64,000 bases of DNA. Origin: Eukaryota sp. GEM-RC1 (Eukaryota). This document shows positions 26,401 to 37,713 of this stretch, piece by piece. The notes below the pieces were generated by a model. It was not told the DNA's origin and ran no database searches. It was given only the letters and a program-made list of their open reading frames with translations. Made by a program: the position numbers and the translations under genes. Every line of letters begins with the position of its first letter. Positions within the stretch are counted from its first letter, which is position 1. The stretch is taken from assembly GCA_040285855.1 (NCBI GenBank), contig JAUFOQ010000018.1, forward strand, positions 62,001 through 126,000, in the 5' to 3' direction.

Positions 26401-27337
26401 TGTGTTCAATTTAAATTTTAATAGAATTGAATCTAAATTATTTTTCTACAATCAAATAATGACTGTAATCGTTGACCCATTAGTTCACCAATCAAGTATT
26501 GTGTTTGATGATTTCCAATCAATAAGAGATCCTGTACAGGTGCTTATTGGTATCACGATTACCTTTCTTTGAAGTAAAAGAAAGAAAACTTTATTCGGCA
26601 CCCAATAAGGTAACCTTCCTACAAAACTATGAAATTGTAAAAACAAAAAAATATACTAAGATTAAATCCAAACGACTTCATCACCACCCGGTAAACGATT
26701 ACGTTTATCAACATTAACCTTAATCAAAATGATAGGAAAATGCAATATATGCCATCTACAAAATTGACAATGATTTTGCTACAAGATTTGGACACTTTAA
26801 TTTTGTGAAAAGAAGTTCATATAGTGATACTGATAATATTGCTCAAAATATTTCATCTTAACTCTCATTGTTCTCTTACAAAGAAGTTCATATGGAATAG
26901 AATATTCATTTATGTTCCGTACTGTCCTTGATGTCAAAGCAGTGACCACGAGAAACAAAGCAGAGAATATGTCACAAGCAGTCTTCTTCAGCAGTCTTTG
27001 GCCTTGTTGAAGAAGATCACTGGTTCTAGAACAATTATCAGATATTCACTTCTGACATTCACTGACAACATTCTCAAAAGCAATGATGCGTTCAGACATA
27101 CATTATAGATCAAAGAACAGAAGATATATGTAAAACTCTAGGACTGTATGACAAGGAAAGTAAGAAAGAAATAAGGGGACATGCCTAAAAAGTCACAACA
27201 TTAATTTTTTATAACCTTTTTATGAAACTATTTCAAAAAACTCTAGGTAATGATCACTTTTTTCTGAACAATCGTATAGATTTTACAATGAACATAAACA
27301 CAGTAAATAAAAAAAATACTAAATATATACTGTAGGT

Positions 27338-27559
27338 TCAAAACATCCTACTAGTAGACAAAAAAACTTTTCTTTGCATGTCATGATGCTTTAGATATGT
27401 ACCAAAACCCTGGGATTGTTCCTTGTCTGGAATTCGATGATGACGTGATACGATTTTATTAGCAGCGTGGACTTGCTGATCACATGAGGAGTACAAACGA
27501 GCGTCGTCGTGATGACAAAAGACAACTGCGGATCGAGCTTCACAGATGTCACATATCAA
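27338..27559 (-). pseudogene. B-box zinc-finger protein (BBX/CONSTANS-type B-box), degraded; copy 1
   Basis: CDICEARSAVVFCHHDDARLYSSCDQQVHAANKIVSRHHRIP, with one Zn-ligand Cys changed to Tyr and a decayed second B-box. Confidence 0.75.
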
Positions 27560-28235
27560 TTCAGAAGTTCGACCAATTTGAGAAGGTTCAAACTCAAAAG
27601 GTTACAGGGGACAACGTGATCAGAGTCGCGGATAAGGTAATCACATATGAGTTCACATTGCAGGTCTTCGAAATGAGTAGATATATCTCTACGGGTATCA
27701 ATGGAAGAGAGAATTGTTAGATCATCATAGGACTGAGAAGGGGAGGATGGAGTCGTAAGAGGGATTGGCTGAACAGAGGGATCTGTGGTAACAAAAGTAT
27801 GATAGATGCGATAGAGCAGGAACTCGGATCTCTTGGTACCAGAAGACGATGAGAAGATTGAGACCCCCTGTAGTAAAGAGAAGACATTGGGGAAGAAAGG
27901 AGAATCCGCGGTGTAAGACGTGGTTTACGTTGTTGTTATCTGCAAGAAGAGAAGTGTCAACCCAGGAATCAAGTTGAAGTTTACACTCGTTACGTTTCTT
28001 GAATTCTGAGCCAATTGGGGACTGAAAACATTGACCAGTTTCAATATAGTGACGGAAAAGAGTATAAACCAAAACTGAGATGGTATTAAATATTGTGCAA
28101 TTCATCAGAGATTCGTGTTACTTGAGGTTGTTGAAAGCCAGCATCACTGATTTGGTAATGGTAGACCACGTAATTAGAGAAGACATGGGATGATGGTTCT
28201 AGTTGAGTTTTTCATAGAAACTTTTCTCTTTTCTC

Positions 28236-28342
28236 ATGTCAGTTTATCCCGAAGACAATTCTGTCGTCTTTGCTCAGGTTGTCCGAGTTAATCGTCGATC
28301 TGTACACCTGACTATTTTAGGATCGGACTCTGGTACATATCC
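28236..28342 (+). pseudogene. Truncated 5' duplicate of CSL4
   Basis: Matches 31917-32023 (one SNP), then breaks at the duplication junction. Confidence 0.85.
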
Positions 28343-28954
28343 AAACGACTTCATCACCGCCCGGTAAACGATTACGTTTATCAACATTAACCTTAATCAA
28401 AATGATAGGAAAATGCAATATATGCCATCTACAAAATTGACAATGATTTTGCTACAAGATTTGGACACTTTAATTTTGTGAAAAGAAGTTCATATAGTGA
28501 TACTGATAATATTGCTCAAAATATTTCATCTTAACTCTCATTGTTCTCTTACAAAGAAGTTCATATGGAATAGAATATTCATTTATGTTCCGTACTGTCC
28601 TTGATGTCAAAGCAGTGACCACGAGAAACAAAGCAGAGAATATGTCACAAGCAGTCTTCTTCAGCAGTCTTTGGCCTTGTTGAAGAAGATCACTGGTTCT
28701 AGAACAATTATCAGATATTCACTTCTGACATTCACTGACAACATTCTCAAAAGCAATGATGCGTTCAGACATACATTATAGATCAAAGAACAGAAGATAT
28801 ATGTAAAACTCTAGGACTGTATGACAAGGAAAGTAAGAAAGAAATAAGGGGACATGCCTAAAAAGTCACAACATTAATTTTTTATAACCTTTTTATGAAA
28901 CTATTTCAAAAAACTCTAGGTAATGATCACTTTTTTCTGAACAATCGTATAGAT

Positions 28955-30954
28955 CAGGGGTCGGGAAAAAATATTTAAATAAAATAATGTATTTTTATAT
29001 TGCCCAATAAATATTTTTTCAAAATATACTCTAAAAATAAATATTGCAATAAGTAGAAAATTGCAATAAATATTTAAATATTTTATATATAACAGTATCA
29101 AAATTTTCCCCTTTTAGGGTCTTTTTAGAAATAATTTTTCTTACATCGTCTTCGTTCCAAAGATCTCTGTTGTACAACAGATACAACTGCTGTTCTAAAC
29201 TGCTATCTGACAGAGAACATCGGTAATCTCCTAATGTATGCTTAGCCCTACTAAACAATCGTTCTAATACATTAGAAGTACCTGGAATCCACTTCAAATC
29301 AATGTACTTACTGGTTGGCTTGTCGGGTTGGCCAATCGAATCAAGTGCACCTTCGAAATTGGTAAGATCTGACTCTTCACTTTCGTCATTGTCGCCATCC
29401 TCTTCTTCAATATCGGTTTCTTCCACATCCTCTTTAAGAAAGGACGCAACACTGGTTTGTTCAGCTGTTGAGAGTCTGTCTTCATGACCATTTAGTATTT
29501 TGATGATAGCAGATTCAAACACAGGGCTGTGTTGTTTACTGCTAGGATAGCTTGTGTATTGATTCATGGTGGGAAATCTTTGATGAAAAAGTTCCAGTGA
29601 AGCGTGAATTTGGTGTAAAGGAATGCTTTCCCGCTGAAGATAAAGCGTGAGCACATGAAAAGTTTCATATTGTTTCATCAATGTTTTCAAACGTTGCTGT
29701 TCACAAAAAGAAGGGACAAATTGAGTGACACTTTCGTCAAAGAGATCAAAGGACTTTCTATCAATGTATTGAAAAAATCTCTTCAACATAGCAATGGTAG
29801 ACCACCATCTTGTAGAATTCCGCCTCAAAGGTCTCAAGGAAGTGTTGGTTTTCAGAACGAGAGTGTTTTTGATATGTCTCAAATGAGTGAAAAGATCATC
29901 AAGATCTTTCAAAATGGGATCTAAATCACCAGAAAATTTCTTGACTTCATTTGCAAATCTATGCGAAGCACAACCAATCAAAGGTATACACAGTATGTCT
30001 GCAAGACGGGTGTTGGTAGCACAGCTGTCTCCAACGAGAAACAGTAAGTCATCTACAGTTTTGTCATACGCTGACAACACAATAGCGATATTTTCTTTGT
30101 ATTGGTCGGCACCAAATACAACGTTGGATGATTTAAATGGACTGCTCTCGTCATAAACCTCGTCCAGTTCGAACGGAAACAGAGATAGTAAAACTGGTCT
30201 ACTCTTCTGCGGAAAGCACGCAAACATCCCAACGAACTCTGTGGTTCCTGTTGGGTGCTTCCATCCGTCAAACATCAGTCCAAATTCCTCAGGCAACAAC
30301 TGGGCTACCTTAGCACAAACTTCGGTGTACAAGAGTCTCATGTACTTCACCAATGTCTTAACATCAATTGGGTCAAGATTGCAGTTTTTTTGAATCATTG
30401 GATCTTGAACAAATGTAAATGCCATTTGATTCTCAATACACCATTCCAGCCATCGGAAAATGTTGTGCGGCTTGTCTGGCAAAACAGGTGTTAAGAATCG
30501 ACTGATGGTTGCGTTGTTTTTGGCGGCGATCATTTCTTCGTTGAAGTTTGGGTGGCATTTGTGTACGTGTGGCATAAAATTGGAATTATCCAGTTCTTGG
30601 CTGAACATACAGGGGAATCATGTTGGGACAAAGACGACATTGCCAAGCTTCTTTGTGTTCAGGGCAGTTGTTTGGGGTTGGAGTAACCTTCCGAAAGTAG
30701 AATTTGGCCGTATCCTTAGGCTTGAGAGACATAGCAAGAAGAGAATAGTTGAAATGAACTTCACATCTTCTGTTATGTATCATTTTCTTCATCTCAACAA
30801 ATCATTTATTTTTACTCCAAAAAAATAAATATTGCAATAAATACAGTATTGCAAAAGATTAAAATAAATATTTTTTATCTACGTGTACAAAAAATAAATA
30901 TTTTTCATGAAAAATATTTAAATATTGCAATAGAAATATTTTTCCCGACCCCTG
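28955..30954 (-). mobile_element. Complete hAT DNA transposon, 2000 bp
   Basis: 16-bp TIR CAGGGGTCGGGAAAAA; 8-bp TSD GTATAGAT (28947-28954 and 30955-30962); empty site at 27274-27281; AT-rich subterminal repeats (AATATTGCAATA). Confidence 0.97.
29031..30732 (-). CDS. hAT transposase with an N-terminal BED-like zinc finger; a single 1-bp frameshift at ~30587
   Basis: FDGW, LVGDSC, CASH, TRWWS and TSNVLERLFS. Upstream MSLKPKD...WQCRLC...PRTG joins YSNFMPHVHKCHP if one A in GGATAATTCC is removed. Confidence 0.9.
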
Positions 30955-31018
30955 GTATAGATTTTACAATGAACATAAACACAGTAAATAAAAAAAATAC
31001 TAAATATATACTGTAGGT

Positions 31019-31240
31019 TCAAAACATCCTACTAGTAGACAAAAAAACTTTTCTTTGCATGTCATGATGCTTTAGATATGTACCAAAACCCTGGGATTGT
31101 TCCTTGACTGGAATTCGATGATGACGTGATACGATTTTATTAGCAGCGTGGACTTGCTGATCACATGAGGAGTACAAACGAGCGTCGTCGTGATGACAAA
31201 AGACAACTGCGGATCGAGCTTCACAGATGTCACATATCAA
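31019..31240 (-). pseudogene. B-box zinc-finger protein, copy 2
   Basis: Duplicate of 27338-27559 with one amino-acid difference. Confidence 0.75.
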
Positions 31241-31916
31241 TTCAGAAGTTCGACCAATTTGAGAAGGTTCAAACTCAAAAGGTTACAGGGGACAACGTGA
31301 TCAGAGTCGCGGATAAGGTAATCACATATGAGTTCACATTGCAGGTCTTCGAAATGAGTAGATATATCTCTACGGGTATCAATGGAAGAGAGAATTGTTA
31401 GATCATCATAGGACTGAGAAGGGGAGGATGGAGTCGTAAGAGGGATTGGCTGAACAGAGGGATCTGTGGTAACAAAAGTATGATAGATGCGATAGAGCAG
31501 GAACTCGGATCTCTTGGTACCAGAAGACGATGAGAAGATTGAGACCCCCTGTAGTAAAGAGAAGACATTGGGGAAGAAAGGAGAATCCGCGGTGTAAGAC
31601 GTGGTTTACGTTGTTGTTATCTGCAAGAAGAGAAGTGTCAACCCAGGAATCAAGTTGAAGTTTACACTCGTTACGTTTCTTGAATTCTGAGCCAATTGGG
31701 GACTGAAAACATTGACCAGTTTCAATATAGTGACGGAAAAGAGTATAAACCAAAACTGAGATGGTATTAAATATTGTGCAATTCATCAGAGATTCGTGTT
31801 ACTTGAGGTTGTTGAAAGCCAGCATCACTGATTTGGTAATGGTAGACCACGTAATTAGAGAAGACATGGGATGATGGTTCTAGTTGAGTTTTTCATAGAA
31901 ACTTTTCTCTTTTCTC

Positions 31917-32309
31917 ATGTCAGTTTATCCCGAAGACAATTCTGTCGTCTTTGCTCAGGTTGTCCGAGTTAATCGTCGATCTGTACACCTGACTATTTTA
32001 GGATCGGACTCTGGTCCATATCCTGACAAATATCCAGCTGTTCTCCGTCAACGAGATGTTCGCTCCTTCAATCCTGATGCAGTTGACATGTATAAATCTT
32101 TCCAACCAACTGATATAATAAGGGCTCGCATAATCTCGCTTGGAGATGCCCGAGCATTCTATCTCTCAACCTCATCTGATGATCTGGGTGTAATTCTTTG
32201 TTTCAGTGAAGCTGGTCATGTTATGATTCCCCTAAATTTTGAGGAGATGCAGTGTTCTCTAACAAAAGTGGTTGAAAATAGAAAAGTCGCTCATCCACTA
32301 ATCACATGA
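31917..32309 (+). CDS. CSL4: Exosome complex component CSL4 (EXOSC1), S1 domain plus zinc-ribbon-like C-terminus
   Basis: LRQRDVR...DMYKSFQPTDIIRARIISLGD...YLSTSSDDLGVI...SEAGHVMIP...MQC..T...ENRKVA. Confidence 0.9.
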   Translation: MSVYPEDNSVVFAQVVRVNRRSVHLTILGSDSGPYPDKYPAVLRQRDVRSFNPDAVDMYKSFQPTDIIRARIISLGDARAFYLSTSSDDLGVILCFSEAGHVMIPLNFEEMQCSLTKVVENRKVAHPLIT

Positions 32310-32352
32310 GGATTTTGTTATGATCATTGTATTATGCTAGTATATTATACTA

Positions 32353-33508
32353 CTGTGCTTTTCACCTGGATCGCATATTTCACAACTTTCTTACAGCTCT
32401 TTCTCACAGACTTTTCACATCAAAATGCCTTCATATCCGTCTCTTCCTTCCAGTGTCTCTGTAATAGTGTGTCCAAACTCATAATCCTTGACTCTCCTGA
32501 CTCCTTCAAATTGGTATACACTTTTGATCAATGTCAAATATTACATGTCAGTCTTGTTACTTTTTAAACCTAAGGGCCGCAGTAAACCACTGATGACTAG
32601 ATAACAACCATCTTGGGTTCTTACGTGGTCAGCCAATTTCTCTATTTCCTTTGTGTGAAGTCCCGAGTTATCGAAGCTCTGTGTATAGCAGACATGTGTG
32701 ATCGTTTTATTAGGTAAACGTATGTATATTCTCAATAAATAGCTGGTGCTGACAGTTTCACCATCTCACACCATCTTACATGTATCATATGAAGAACAGT
32801 GGTTCATGAATTGAACACGGGCACTGTTCATTCACGTAAATAACGAGAACAAAGTCATGAGTGGTCATGTTATGTTCAACTCAGATGTGGGTATATTCTG
32901 TAGAACGAGGATCTGTTTATTGATTAACCCAGGATCGTAGAAAGTGTCGATCCTTGTTCTTGTCTGAAGTTCCTAGTTAATTCGTAAACCGGAAGTCTTT
33001 TAGAAAGATCCCTTAAGAGGGAACCGTGGTTGATCGATGGAAGCTGTTGAGTGTCTCTGACTAACAGATTCTCCCCGCATATGCACTGAATGAAGATCTA
33101 ACTAACGGTAGATACAAAGATACAAAATGTGACGTTCTAACGCAACAAGCATAGAACATGTGAAGAGTAGGGGCTTGCGTAGGAGTATAAATATCACCTA
33201 TCTCGATCATCAAACTGTGACATAAACGTGTCATGACGACAGGAATGCTGTGAAATCCGAAGAGATCAAGGAGTATAGTGGACGGTGTCTAGGAAGAATA
33301 CACAGCATCAGTATGATAAAGCCACGAATATGTCTGAACAGTGCGTACTTCTGTATCTTCACTCGCGTGATGTGTTAGAGTGAAGAGATCTATGTCAGGA
33401 TCGCAGAAAAGTTCAAAAGATCGAGTCATGTAGAAAATGGGCTGTGAGATATTACCTTGAGAGGAAATTGGAAAAAAGTTCACATAAGCACTTAAAAAAA
33501 TTCCACAG
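32353..33508 (-). mobile_element. Degenerate relative of the two-gene IS630-like element, in opposite orientation
   Basis: TA+CTGTGCTTTTCA at 32351 is identical to the right TIR of 35269-37776. ATG 32425 MPSYPSLPSSVSV resembles MLSFTSLPNASSIKV. Minus-strand HHASEDTEVRTVQTY resembles VNASEDTKVRACYSY. The right end is uncertain. Confidence 0.6.
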
Positions 33509-34480
33509 TCGCGTGTTAACTACTGAATAATAATCATACTTCAGTTCCTTTTTTTGGGTCTATACTTTTGATTAGGATGGCTTTTCTATCACCTGTTTTC
33601 GGACCAAAAGGAGATTTCATGATATGTATGTTCTGTCAATCATTTAAATAAATAATCCATGTTGATTTTCCCAATAAACGAACTTTTTTAATAGGATTTC
33701 TTCAATGTTGTGCAATTGTTAGCGATATGTCATTTTCTGTTTTTGCAATGAACATTTTGACTTCATGTATCAGTAATTGAGCATCTTCGACGTCAACAAC
33801 ACTCTCTCTTGAAAAAAAAAGATTATTATTATTACCGAAATTGTGAAAACGTCTTTTATTTAATCATACAAATACAGACGTTAATCGATATCCATCAAGA
33901 ACTTCTCTTCTTGAAAGATTATAATCTCAGTTCTATTTTTGAAAGTAATAATACTTTAGTTCTTAGTATTCTTTAGTTCTACCAATCCAAGATCTACATA
34001 CATGTATTCTTTATTTATTGGATGTCCATGCCAATTATTATAACAACGCCAATTTTTTACTTTCATTCAACCATGTGGTGCTAAAAACGGGAATTTGGGT
34101 ATTTGGGCAAATACACACTTATTCAAGAATTAAGTGATGGTACTATTGATGTTTTTGAGATGGATTTATATTATAGAGTTGGACGGTATATTAATACCAA
34201 TGTATAAGCAAAGTTCAATTTGGTTGCAAAAGAATGTGATCTGATATGTGTAAGCATCCTCCTAATTGTTTCACTTCCTACTTTGATCCAGACCAAACTA
34301 AGATTGGTGTTCAATTGTTGTGGAAAGTATTTGGTGAAATCAATGACCACTTAGTTACCTTAGTTTATCAATAAATCTTAAATTTAAATATTTTTATTTT
34401 AGAATGGTGAGGATGTTAATTGTTAATTATCACAATCATGCGAGTTTTCTCAAACGATGATGTATTCATGACTCTCAAAC

Positions 34481-35255
34481 ATGTCCATCTTCAAATTTCT
34501 AGTGAAAGAATCCAATAAGGAATGGCCACTGAGAATACCAGTCAAAGGAACAACTGAAGATCTTGCTTTACGTTTGTGGGATATGGCATTAAATGGATCC
34601 TTGATTGATCATTTTGTGCCACCAAAAGTTATCCCATTAAGTGTTATTCGTAACACTTATCGAAGAATGTTATCTCAAGGACAACTGGCTCCTGTTTTTG
34701 TACGTCATGTACATGGTCCTTGTTGGAGAAAAGGAGGTGAAAGGTTAAGGTCTTATCCACATATCCGTAGCAGATATTCGAAAGACCACTGTCTACACTC
34801 CAAGACGAGTTTCCCCTTGGTGTTTTGCTGAATATTGCAAAACTGCAACTGGCTCAGTACGTGAACTGTTTGAATCTCGCAAGAAGCTGTAGAAGAAAAT
34901 GTTAAGCACTTAAGGGTTGGTGATTCAAACTTTCATGGTTAGCTATCCCTTTATAGAACTTCATGATGTTGAATTACCCAACAGAACAGCTACGCCGTCT
35001 CATACAAAGTCTACAAGTACATTGCCTCCACTTACCGTCGACACAGAAACTCAAACTGAAGATTCCAAAGAAGTTCCAAAAACTCAAAGAAAGGTCAGGA
35101 AGTTAAAAAGCATCCGCAGTGTTAGAAAGGATTCCAGGGGAAATGTTATTTCTGAAAAAACTCAAGTCTTTGATACAACTGATTGTTATAGTACATATGG
35201 AAGAGCTCAAGGATCTACTAGAGGTAGACAGAATCAATTGAAGAAATCAAGATAA
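34481..35255 (+). pseudogene. Unknown broken ORF(s)
   Basis: ORFs 34481-34831 and 34917-35255; 34620-34783 is copied in inverted orientation at 17760-17923. Confidence 0.35.
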
Positions 35256-35354
35256 ATACACTGTAGTACTGAGGTTTTCATTTTGAGTGGGTAGTGAGTC
35301 AGAACACTTTTCACTCATTTGAGTTTTAACTCACCTAATAAAACAACCTGTATC

Positions 35355-36434
35355 ATGGGTTACACCTTCGACATGCTTCTATCATGTCATGAGCTCGCTT
35401 CCTTGAGAGTTAATGCATCCGAAGACACAAAAGTTCGTGCATGTTACTCTTATCTCTTTCTCGAAGGGTCACAGGCGACTGTAGCTAAGTACTTTTGCAT
35501 ATCACTGTCAACACTCAGTCGTTGGATTCAAACCCTATTTAGTTCAGAATCTACGGAATCTACACCTGCCAACACCCGTCAACTCCTCTCTCCTGCTGAA
35601 GTTTCCTTCATACTTTCAACTGTTCAAGAAGATCCTCTGCTCTATCTTAGAGAAATTAAAGCACGTCTTTTTCGCTTCTCTGGACGTGTTTGCTCCATCT
35701 CAACCATTCACCGATCACTTGTATCCAGTGGCTTTTCTCGTAAACGATGCCGTTCTATGATTCGCAAAGCTAAAGTACAACTCATCCTTAATTTCGAGAA
35801 AAAACTCTCTTTCTCGTTAGGAATCATATTTACTAATCAGCTAGTATTTATTGATGAGATTAGCTTCCGTAAGGAACACTTCAGTAGACTCTATGGTAGG
35901 AGCCCTAGAAATACTCCTGTAGCTAGTGAAAATAAACTTGTTAACGTGGACCAGATCTCAGTAGTCGTGGCGATTAGCCAAGATGGTTATCTCTACCACC
36001 ATATCCAGGAAGGACATTTTTCTCGCTTACAGTATGTCGCTTTTCTTGAAGATTTAATAAATTTAGGATATTTAAGAACGAAGACTGGGAGTCGTAGTGT
36101 TCTAGTTGTAGATGGATGCAACATTCATGTATCTCCTTTTATACATGCGGCTCTTAAAAAGTGTGGAATTTCTTATTTTATCTTGCCTCCGTACTGCCCG
36201 GAGTCAAATCCGATTGAGGCCTTTTTTGGTGTTTTGAGGCGTAAAGTTCGTGAAATCTCTCACCATAGCATTGGACAAAATTCAATTGATGTACTTCAAG
36301 CCATCCTTCCGAGACTAAAGTGTGATTGTACAAGGCTTTTCAATCACAGTGGCTGGAAAGACTTTGAATACTACAAGTCTCCTTATTTATCAGGACCTTT
36401 GTCTGAGTTTTTAATAGATTTTGTTGACAATTGA
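35355..36434 (+). CDS. IS630-like DD34E transposase (DDE_3), intact
   Basis: HTH-like N-terminus (ISLSTLSRWI; LYLREI..CSISTIHRSL), VFIDE, VVDGCNIH and LPPYCPESNPIE; 34 residues between the second D and the E. Confidence 0.93.
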   Translation: MGYTFDMLLSCHELASLRVNASEDTKVRACYSYLFLEGSQATVAKYFCISLSTLSRWIQTLFSSESTESTPANTRQLLSPAEVSFILSTVQEDPLLYLREIKARLFRFSGRVCSISTIHRSLVSSGFSRKRCRSMIRKAKVQLILNFEKKLSFSLGIIFTNQLVFIDEISFRKEHFSRLYGRSPRNTPVASENKLVNVDQISVVVAISQDGYLYHHIQEGHFSRLQYVAFLEDLINLGYLRTKTGSRSVLVVDGCNIHVSPFIHAALKKCGISYFILPPYCPESNPIEAFFGVLRRKVREISHHSIGQNSIDVLQAILPRLKCDCTRLFNHSGWKDFEYYKSPYLSGPLSEFLIDFVDN

Positions 36435-36504
36435 AACTGAAGAATTCAGTGAACAACAACAAAGATACCTTTATAGAACATAAACATTGTGATAAGTGCA
36501 AAAC

Positions 36505-37713
36505 CTAGAGATCAATATTATAAGTGAACAATTGGCGTTGGACATCATCATTGACTGGTGAATTTTGATCCGCATGTGAACGAAAGTTGTGTAAAGAAGA
36601 TAGAAAAGGATCGTCTTCACTTCTAGAGCTTTTAAGAACAGGATGATGCTGTTCTGTTGGAGATTGAAATCCGTTTGAAGATAGAAAAGGATCAACTTCA
36701 CTCCTAGAGGATCTAAGCGTAGGATGATGTGGTTCTGTTGGAGATTGAAATCCGTTTGAAGATAGAAAAGGATCAACTTCACTCCTAGAGGATCTAAGCG
36801 TAGGATGATGTGGTTCTGTTGGAGATTGAAATCCGTTTGAAGATAGAAAAGGATCAACTTCACTCCTAGAGGATCTAAGCGTAGGATGATGTGGTTCTGT
36901 TGGAGATTGAAATCCGTTCAAAGCAGCATGCGAATCGTTTACCTCGGCAACCTGGTTAAAGTCATGTGTTGATATTGGTAACAACACTGCCCTTCCAGAG
37001 GATCTTCTCTTAAGGGAGTGACAAAAAGCGGCAATCTTCTTCCAGAGAAGGTTTCTCTGAACTGAATCAAACTGACTACGTTCGGTGTCAATTTTTATAA
37101 GCTCGCGGGACACCATTTGGGCAACAGCATTTCCGAAGACATTATCTTCGTCTTCACTTGGCGGTTCATCGACGGCAGAGAAAAAGCGTGTCAATTCTGC
37201 TGGGATCAATGTAATGTCCGCCTTACCCGACTCAATAAGCGAGGCCCAATTGCGCCAAATGGCAGGTGCTGCTGAGATCCCAGGATTTGCTTGTTGTAAG
37301 TCAGTAACAGGCATGTGTACAACTTCTCGCTGAAGCGATGAGCTTTGCCATACCTTGTAAGCTTCCTTATCAATATCAATAGGATTGACCTTGATCTGGA
37401 AAGCCATACCTTCACCACTGTGAGAGGCTATCCATCCGGCAATTGTAGAGGTGACACCTAAGCGGTACATGCTCCCGGTGGCTTTGTATTTAACTTCCAG
37501 TTCCCAATCGGGGTTAGATGTTTTACCTTTGTTGTTAAGTTGGATCTGATAAAAGGCTTTACAGAGCTCTTGAAGTTCAGATTCCTCAAAGTTGTTGTCA
37601 TCATAGAATAATGAAACTTCTTGTTGGAAAAAGGATCTAGAGCCCTTAAAGAGTTGTAATGACACTAGTACTTTTATAGATGATGCATTAGGTAAAGATG
37701 TAAAAGAAAGCAT
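36505..37713 (-). CDS. Uncharacterised 402-aa passenger ORF of the IS630-like element
   Basis: Intact ATG ORF inside the TIRs, with motif AIWRNWASLI...IPAELTRFF and C-terminal 27-aa repeats. Confidence 0.7.
   Translation of the reverse strand: MLSFTSLPNASSIKVLVSLQLFKGSRSFFQQEVSLFYDDNNFEESELQELCKAFYQIQLNNKGKTSNPDWELEVKYKATGSMYRLGVTSTIAGWIASHSGEGMAFQIKVNPIDIDKEAYKVWQSSSLQREVVHMPVTDLQQANPGISAAPAIWRNWASLIESGKADITLIPAELTRFFSAVDEPPSEDEDNVFGNAVAQMVSRELIKIDTERSQFDSVQRNLLWKKIAAFCHSLKRRSSGRAVLLPISTHDFNQVAEVNDSHAALNGFQSPTEPHHPTLRSSRSEVDPFLSSNGFQSPTEPHHPTLRSSRSEVDPFLSSNGFQSPTEPHHPTLRSSRSEVDPFLSSNGFQSPTEQHHPVLKSSRSEDDPFLSSLHNFRSHADQNSPVNDDVQRQLFTYNIDL
36597..36918. repeat. 81-bp tandem repeat x4 (three identical, one diverged)
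   Basis: AGATTGAAATCC recurs at 36661, 36742, 36823 and 36904; the unit encodes NGFQSPTEPHHPTLRSSRSEVDPFLSS. Confidence 0.95.

Larger units (their letters stand above)
26666..32023. repeat. Tandem duplication of a 1673-bp unit (26666-28338 and 28339-~32023; the second copy contains the hAT)
   Basis: Constant 1673-bp offset and only a few SNPs; ATCC microhomology at the junction. The unit begins with a CRE-like 3' fragment also seen at 47856-47911. Confidence 0.95.

Noticed and set aside
27725..28190. P5-type ATPase N-terminus (TGGLNLLIVFWY)
   Set aside because: Only a short motif resemblance in a broken frame; no DKTGT or other ATPase motifs.
29294..30828. Small plus-strand and alternative-frame ORFs inside the hAT
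   Set aside because: They are shadow ORFs of the transposase with no recognisable motifs.
36597..36918. CRISPR-like or guide array
   Set aside because: The units are contiguous 81-bp repeats without unique spacers, and no Cas-like gene is present.
36505..37713. Fanzor/TnpB as the passenger ORF
   Set aside because: No RuvC motifs and no C4 zinc finger are visible.
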